In this document: positions 57,667 to 62,860 of the stretch, piece after piece
How positions within the stretch are numbered: position 1 is the stretch's first letter
Layout of the letters: every line of letters begins with the position of its first letter
Source of the DNA: Gaiellaceae bacterium
GTDB lineage: Bacteria > Actinomycetota > Thermoleophilia > Gaiellales > Gaiellaceae
Direction of reading: 5' to 3'
NCBI GenBank assembly: GCA_035639875.1
Contig: DASQXE010000125.1
Coordinates: 1-62,860, forward strand
Length of the DNA: 62,860 bases
Program-made: the position numbers and the translations under genes
Notes under the pieces: generated by a model
The model's database searches: none
Told to the model about the DNA's origin: nothing
The model's input: only the letters and a program-made list of their open reading frames with translations

Positions 57667-60051
57667 CTACCCGCGAGCCGCCGAGGAAAACTCCAGCACC
57701 TTAGCGCCGGGGAACGCCGCTGCGAGCACTTCGTCGATCGAGTCGGCGAGCACGAAGTTCATTTCCTTGCGGACCTCGCGCGGGAGATCGTCCAGGTCGC
57801 CCTCGTTCTCCCTCGGGAGGACGACCGTCGTGATGTCGGCCCGCTGGGCCGCGAGGATCTTCTCGCGCACGCCGCCGATAGGCAGGACCTGGCCGGTGAG
57901 GGTGATCTCCCCGGTCATGGCGACGTCTTCAGAGACAGGCCGTCCGAGCGCGAGCGACGCGAGAGCGGTCGCCATCGCGATGCCGGCCGACGGGCCGTCC
58001 TTGGGCACGGCGCCGGCGGGGACGTGGATGTGCACGTCCTTGCCGTCGAACCAGTCATCTCCGAGGCCGAGGTTGCGCGCATGGCCTCGCACCCACGAAA
58101 GGGCGGCCTGTGCGGACTCGCGCATGACCTCGCCGAGCTGACCCGTGACGATGAGCCTTCCCTCGCCGGGCATGGCCGTCGCCTCGATGTAGAGGACGTC
58201 GCCGCCGACCGGTGTGACCGCCAGCCCAGTCGCCACGCCGGGGTCGGACGTACGGCGCCGCACCTCGCCGTGGAACCGCGGTCGTCCGAGCCAGGAGCGG
58301 ACGCGCCGCTCGTCGACCCGGACGCGCTTGCGCTTCCCGGCCGCGATCTCGCTGGCCGCCTTCCGGCAGAGGGCCGCGATCTCGCGATCGAGATTGCGGA
58401 CGCCCGCCTCGCGGGTGTACTCGCGGATCATGAAGCGGAGGGCCTTGTCGGAGAGGCTCACCTGCTCCGCGGATAGACCGTGTGCCTCGAGCTGCTTCGG
58501 GACGAGGTAGCTCTTCGCGATGCCGAGCTTCTCGTCCTCGGTGTAGCCGGACAGGCGGATGACCTCCATGCGGTCGAGCAGCGGCGGCGGAATCGTCTCA
58601 AGCTGGTTCGATGTGCAGATGAACAGCACGCGCGAGAGATCGAACGGAAGGTCGAGATAGTGGTCCCGGAAGCTCGAGTTCTGTGCCGGATCGAGCACCT
58701 CGAGCATTGCGCTGGAGGGGTCACCGCGCCAGTCGGCGCCCATCTTGTCGATCTCGTCGATCATGAAGACGGGGTTCTTCGACTCCGTGTCCCGAAGCGC
58801 GCGGATGATCGTCCCGGGCATGGCGCCGATGTACGTGCGCCGATGGCCGCGGATCTCGGCCTCGTCGCGGACCCCGCCCACCGAGATGCGGACGAACTTG
58901 CGCCCGAGCGCCCGGGCGATGGACTTGCCGAGGGAGGTCTTGCCCACGCCGGGTGGGCCGACGAAGCAGAGGATCGGCCCGGACAGGTCTTGCTTCAGCT
59001 TCGAGACCGCCAGGTGCTCGACGATCCGCTCCTTCACCTTCTCGAGGTCGTAGTGGTCTTCGTCGAGGATCTTCTGAGCCTTGTCGAGATCGAGGTCGTC
59101 TTCGGTCGTCTTGCTCCAGGGAAGGGAGAGGATCCACTCGAGGTACGTGCGGATGACGCCGTATTCGGCGGCGGCGGAAGGTAGCTTGGCCAGGCGGTCG
59201 AGTTCGCGACGGGCCTGCTTCTCGGCCTCCTCGGGGAGATTGGCCTCTTCGATCTGGCCGCGCAGCTCGGCCAGCTCGGCCTGCTGCTCGTCCCCCTCGC
59301 CGAGCTCCTCCTGGATCGCCTTCAGCTGCTGGCGGAGGAAGTACTCGCGCTGCGACTTCTCCATCTCCGACTGCACCTGCGACTGGATCTTGGTGCCGAG
59401 CTCGAGCACCTCGAGCTCGCGGTTCAGGATCACCGTCAGCTTGCGGAGGCGCTCTTCGACGTCCGCCTCCTCGAGCAGCTCCTGCTTCTCGGTCGTCTTG
59501 AGGCGCATCGTCGTGGCGATGAGATTGGCGAGACCGCTCGGGTCCTCGGCGTTGGCGGCGGCGAGCTGGAGCTCGTCGGGCAAGTAGGGAACGAACCCGA
59601 TGATGCGGGAGAAGAGCGCCTCGACGTTGCGCGCGAGCGCGTCGATCTCTTTCTCGCGGCCGATCACGTCCGGAAGCTCGTCGAACTCGCCGACGAGGTA
59701 GGGCTCGTCGTGGACGAGGCGAACGAGCCGGACGCGGCGCAGGCCCTGGATCAGAACCCGCAGCGTCCCATCGGGGACGCGAATCATCTTGTGGATGACG
59801 GCTGCGGTCCCGACCTCGTAGATGTCCGCCGCGGAGCGGGCTTCCTCCTCCGCGTTCCGAGAGGTGACGAGCGCGATCTCGCGGTCGTTTGCGACCGCCT
59901 CTTCGACCAGCTGGATGGAGCGCTCCTGTCCGATCGCGAGCGGCGTCATCGAGTCCGGGAAGACGACCGTCTCCTTGAGGGGAAGGATCGGCAGCCCGTG
60001 GCTCACCGGCCCGGGCGTCTGCTCGGTGTGAGGCTCCTCGACGGTGCTCAC
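57667..60051 (-). CDS. lon: ATP-dependent Lon protease
   Basis: GTG start, 794 aa. Walker [10 protein letters not shown]. Catalytic serine PKDGPSAG. Confidence 0.96.
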   Translation of the reverse strand: MSTVEEPHTEQTPGPVSHGLPILPLKETVVFPDSMTPLAIGQERSIQLVEEAVANDREIALVTSRNAEEEARSAADIYEVGTAAVIHKMIRVPDGTLRVLIQGLRRVRLVRLVHDEPYLVGEFDELPDVIGREKEIDALARNVEALFSRIIGFVPYLPDELQLAAANAEDPSGLANLIATTMRLKTTEKQELLEEADVEERLRKLTVILNRELEVLELGTKIQSQVQSEMEKSQREYFLRQQLKAIQEELGEGDEQQAELAELRGQIEEANLPEEAEKQARRELDRLAKLPSAAAEYGVIRTYLEWILSLPWSKTTEDDLDLDKAQKILDEDHYDLEKVKERIVEHLAVSKLKQDLSGPILCFVGPPGVGKTSLGKSIARALGRKFVRISVGGVRDEAEIRGHRRTYIGAMPGTIIRALRDTESKNPVFMIDEIDKMGADWRGDPSSAMLEVLDPAQNSSFRDHYLDLPFDLSRVLFICTSNQLETIPPPLLDRMEVIRLSGYTEDEKLGIAKSYLVPKQLEAHGLSAEQVSLSDKALRFMIREYTREAGVRNLDREIAALCRKAASEIAAGKRKRVRVDERRVRSWLGRPRFHGEVRRRTSDPGVATGLAVTPVGGDVLYIEATAMPGEGRLIVTGQLGEVMRESAQAALSWVRGHARNLGLGDDWFDGKDVHIHVPAGAVPKDGPSAGIAMATALASLALGRPVSEDVAMTGEITLTGQVLPIGGVREKILAAQRADITTVVLPRENEGDLDDLPREVRKEMNFVLADSIDEVLAAAFPGAKVLEFSSAARG

Positions 60052-60485
60052 GACGTTCTCCGGTTCGTGATCTCGACGCGCAGGGAACGGGACGGGCGCT
60101 CGGCCACTGGGAGGCTCACGACGAGGAGGCCGCGGGAATACGTCGCCTCGGCAGCTTCCCCGTCGACCGGTTCGGCGATCGGGATCTGGCGCTCGAACGG
60201 GCCGTAGTCGATCTCCATGTGCACAACCCGGTGTTCCCCGGGGCGGCGACGCCGTACGCCGCGGACGATCAGCGTGCCATCGGCGAGGGCGAGCTCGGTC
60301 GTGTCGGGATCGACTCCCGCGAGCTCGACGACGACCATGATCGCGGGCGGGTCCGCGCTGCGGTAGACGTCGACGGCCGGGCGAAAGCCGCGCCGCGTGT
60401 TGATGAGCCGCGGCACCTGGCAGAGGTCGGCGAAGAGCTGCTCCATCTCGCTCCGCAGCCGGTCCTTGTCTCTACGCGAATGCAT
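60048..60485 (-). CDS. Hsp20/alpha-crystallin small heat-shock protein
   Basis: PAVDVYRSAD...VVELAGVD...YGPFERQIPI...GLLVVSLP. GTGA overlap with the lon start. Confidence 0.88.
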   Translation of the reverse strand: MHSRRDKDRLRSEMEQLFADLCQVPRLINTRRGFRPAVDVYRSADPPAIMVVVELAGVDPDTTELALADGTLIVRGVRRRRPGEHRVVHMEIDYGPFERQIPIAEPVDGEAAEATYSRGLLVVSLPVAERPSRSLRVEITNRRTS

Positions 60486-60616
60486 GGAACAATCGTACCC
60501 ATGGCCCGCCTGCTCAAAGTCGGCGCCGCAGCGCTCGGTTTCGCGCTCTATGTCTGGGTGGCTGCGGTGAGGAACGCGGATCGTGTTCGGGACCGGAAAC
60601 GAGTGCGCCCACGCGT

Positions 60617-60645
60617 TTGACGAGCCTGGTAGCCTGCACTAACTT
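60617..60645 (+). promoter_or_regulatory. Candidate sigma-70-type promoter for the MMPL gene
   Basis: TTGACG (60617-60622), 17 nt, TAACTT (60640-60645). Shine-Dalgarno GGAAGGAG at 60665-60672, then TTG at 60678. Confidence 0.45.
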
Positions 60646-60677
60646 AGTCACCGCTAACCTTCTGGGAAGGAGCCTTC

Positions 60678-62860
60678 TTGGAGCGTTTGACCCGCGCGAT
60701 GATCCGCTACCGCTGGGCGGTCGTGGCCGGTTGGGCCGTCGCCCTCGTCGTCTCGTTCATGGCTATGAGCGGGTTGAGCGCCCTCCTGACGAACCGGTTC
60801 TCGATTCCCGGAAGCGACACCGAGCGGGCCGAACAGGTGCTCAAGAACGACTTCGGGCAGCGGTCCGACGGCTCGTTCCAGATCGTCTTCCAGGCAGGCT
60901 CCGGGGTTCCGGCATCCTCCGTTGAGCCGGCGGCAGCTGCAGCCGCGAAGCGTGCCGCCGCCGTCGTTCCGACCGGAAAGCTCGTTGCCGTCCAGGAAGT
61001 CTCGGACTCGACCGTCGAGGCCATCATCACCTCGAAGCTCGAGCCCGCCGACGCGAAGGGCTACACCGACGACGTTCGCGACGCGGTCGGGTCGATCCCG
61101 AACGCGAAGACGTACGTGACCGGGGCGGCCGCGATCACGGCCGACACGGACAAGGTCTTCGCCCACGACGCGAAGGTGGGTGAGTTCTACACGGCGATCC
61201 CGATCGCCTTCCTCATCCTGCTCTTCGTCTTCGGATCGCTCGCCGTGCTCCTGCCCCTCATCTTCGCCGCCGCGGCGATTCCGGTGACGCTCGCGATCAT
61301 CTGGATCTTCGCCAACTTCATGGAGCTCTCCACGTACCTCCAGAACCTGGTCATGCTCATCGGACTCGGGATCGCAATCGACTACTCGCTCTTCATCGTC
61401 TATCGGTACCGCGAGGAGCGGCGGGCGGGCCGCGCGAAGGAGGACGCGATCGTCCGTACGATGCAGACCGCCGGGCGCGCGGTCGTCTTCAGCGGGACCG
61501 CCGTCGCAATCGGCCTGGCTGTGATGCTTGCCATGCCGCTTCCGTTCATGCGCGGATTCGGCATCGGGGGGCTCTTCATCCCACTCGTCTCGGTCGTCTG
61601 CGCGCTGACCCTTCTTCCGGCGCTCCTCTACCTCGCCGTCGACAAGCTGGACGGAATCCGGCTCGTTCCACAGCGCGTCATCGAGCGGCGCGCCGATGAG
61701 GAGAACAACATGTGGGGCCGCTTGGCCCGCTTGATCATGCGCCGGCCGCTGCCGATCGCGCTTGCCACGACCGCCGTCCTGATCGCCGTGGCGCTGCCGG
61801 TCCTGTCGCTGCAAGTCGGCCCGGGCACGAACAAGGGCGTTCCGCAGGATCTCGAGAGCGTCCGCGGTCTCAACATCCTCGCCGCCGAGCAGGGCGAGGG
61901 TGCGATCGCGCCGACGGAGGTTATCGTCGACACGCACCGGGCCGGCGGGGTTCGGAGCCCTGACGTGCAGGCCGCCGTGCAGCGGCTTGTCGAGCGGCTC
62001 GACCGGGATCCCGAAGTGCGTGGCGTCACCGGCAGCGAAAGCACGTCTCCCTACGTGGACGCGACCGGCCGATACCTGCACATGCAGATCACGGGCGCGC
62101 ACGAGTACGGCTCTCCGCAGGCGATGGACTTCGTCCGCCGCTTCCGCGACCGGATCGTGCCAGCCGCCGGCTTCCCGCAGAACGTCTCTGTCTACGCCGG
62201 CGGTGGCCCGGGGAGTTCCGTCGACGTGATCGACACGGCTTACGGCGCCTTCCCGTGGCTCGTGCTAGCCGTCCTCGTCCTCACCTACTTCTTGTTGCTG
62301 CGCGCTTTCCGCTCGCTGCTCCTGCCGCTGAAGGCGATCGTGCTCAACCTCCTCTCGATTAGCGCCGCGTACGGCCTGCTCGTGGTCGTCTTCAAGTGGG
62401 GCGGCGGCGACGCGCTCGGTCTCCAGTCCTTCGACCAGATCGAGTTCTGGATCCCCATCTTCCTGTTCGCCATGCTCTTCGGCCTCTCGATGGACTACGA
62501 GGTCTTCCTCGTGAGCCGCATGCGCGAGGAATGGGACGGCGGCCGGCCGAACGCGGAGGCCGTCGCCTCGGGCCTCGCCAAGACGGGACGGCTCGTGACG
62601 GCGGCCGGGCTCATCATGTTCGCCGCCTTCATGGGCTTCGTCGTGGGGGAGATCCTCGGTCTACAGCAGTTCGGCTTCGGCCTGGCGGCCGCGATCCTGC
62701 TGGACGTCAGCATCATCCGCGCGCTGCTCGTCCCGAGTGCCATGGAGCTGTTCGGACGCTGGAACTGGTGGCTGCCGACGAACGTCGCGCGCGTCTTCCG
62801 CGTGAAGCCCTCGCCGCTTGCGCCGAAGACTCGCCCGGCGATGAGCCCGAGCGGGCGCTA
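60678..62860 (+). CDS. MMPL-family (RND superfamily) membrane transporter; stop codon truncated at the window edge (ends ...cgc ta)
   Basis: Own translation: 727 codons are open to the last base. It is not in the ORF track because no complete stop is present. Motifs: GIAIDYSLFIVYRYREE and GLSMDYEVFLVSRMREE. Two 6-TM blocks. Confidence 0.88.
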   Translation, partial: MERLTRAMIRYRWAVVAGWAVALVVSFMAMSGLSALLTNRFSIPGSDTERAEQVLKNDFGQRSDGSFQIVFQAGSGVPASSVEPAAAAAAKRAAAVVPTGKLVAVQEVSDSTVEAIITSKLEPADAKGYTDDVRDAVGSIPNAKTYVTGAAAITADTDKVFAHDAKVGEFYTAIPIAFLILLFVFGSLAVLLPLIFAAAAIPVTLAIIWIFANFMELSTYLQNLVMLIGLGIAIDYSLFIVYRYREERRAGRAKEDAIVRTMQTAGRAVVFSGTAVAIGLAVMLAMPLPFMRGFGIGGLFIPLVSVVCALTLLPALLYLAVDKLDGIRLVPQRVIERRADEENNMWGRLARLIMRRPLPIALATTAVLIAVALPVLSLQVGPGTNKGVPQDLESVRGLNILAAEQGEGAIAPTEVIVDTHRAGGVRSPDVQAAVQRLVERLDRDPEVRGVTGSESTSPYVDATGRYLHMQITGAHEYGSPQAMDFVRRFRDRIVPAAGFPQNVSVYAGGGPGSSVDVIDTAYGAFPWLVLAVLVLTYFLLLRAFRSLLLPLKAIVLNLLSISAAYGLLVVVFKWGGGDALGLQSFDQIEFWIPIFLFAMLFGLSMDYEVFLVSRMREEWDGGRPNAEAVASGLAKTGRLVTAAGLIMFAAFMGFVVGEILGLQQFGFGLAAAILLDVSIIRALLVPSAMELFGRWNWWLPTNVARVFRVKPSPLAPKTRPAMSPSGR

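Noticed and set aside
60486-60677. Search for CIRCE (TTAGCACTC-N9-GAGTGCTAA) or HAIR (CTTGAGT-N7-ACTCAAG) operators upstream of hsp20-lon. I noted TTAGTCACC and GCTAAC fragments.
   Set aside because: No inverted-repeat arrangement matches either consensus. The fragments belong to the candidate MMPL promoter region.

Overview
The window is very GC-rich (about 70% by eye, not computed), densely packed, and centred on the chromosomal replication-origin gene cluster. On the minus strand this is rpmH-rnpA-yidD-yidC-jag-rsmG-parA-parB. On the plus strand it is dnaA-dnaN-recF-DUF721(DciA-like)-gyrB-gyrA. Gene order and protein style look like Actinomycetota, possibly Thermoleophilia/Rubrobacteria-like, but that lineage call is low confidence.

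The flanks carry housekeeping and envelope genes:
- a class A PBP, an L,D-transpeptidase, an amidase_2 hydrolase and an M23 peptidase
- an NfeD-SPFH-GalT operon
- a long fatty-acid/acetyl-CoA-carboxylase operon (sigma-fabZ-fabH-fabD-fabG-fabF-HAD-ureohydrolase-like-accD-accA) with divergent birA
- the repair genes LigD, PolX and a YprA/MrfA-like DUF1998 helicase
- thiD-thiL, trxA, hsp20-lon, and an MMPL transporter that runs to the window end

I call about 65 CDS and one tRNA-Ile(GAT). I see no rRNA, CRISPR array, transposase, integrase or prophage-like block.

I did not find a convincing new multi-gene system; this is core chromosome. The signals I consider most worth follow-up are:
1. Five operon junctions where the conserved N-terminus of the downstream protein lies upstream of any ATG/GTG/TTG. 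The only available start is a CTG overlapping or abutting the upstream stop, twice as a CTGA overlap.
2. Many head-to-head or first-in-operon genes with a TANNNT box 6-9 nt upstream of the start codon, which fits leaderless transcription, and divergent intergenic regions of 0-24 nt.
3. A compact ureohydrolase-fold protein with an AccD-like N-terminal zinc ribbon, plus a HAD hydrolase, embedded between fabF and accD.
4. A structured 224-nt spacer before ligD that carries a perfect tandem of the origin-type 9-mer CATCCACAG.
5. A gene-tRNA-gene arrangement with 23-nt and 7-nt spacers.

All functional calls come from motif recognition by eye. No database search was run.
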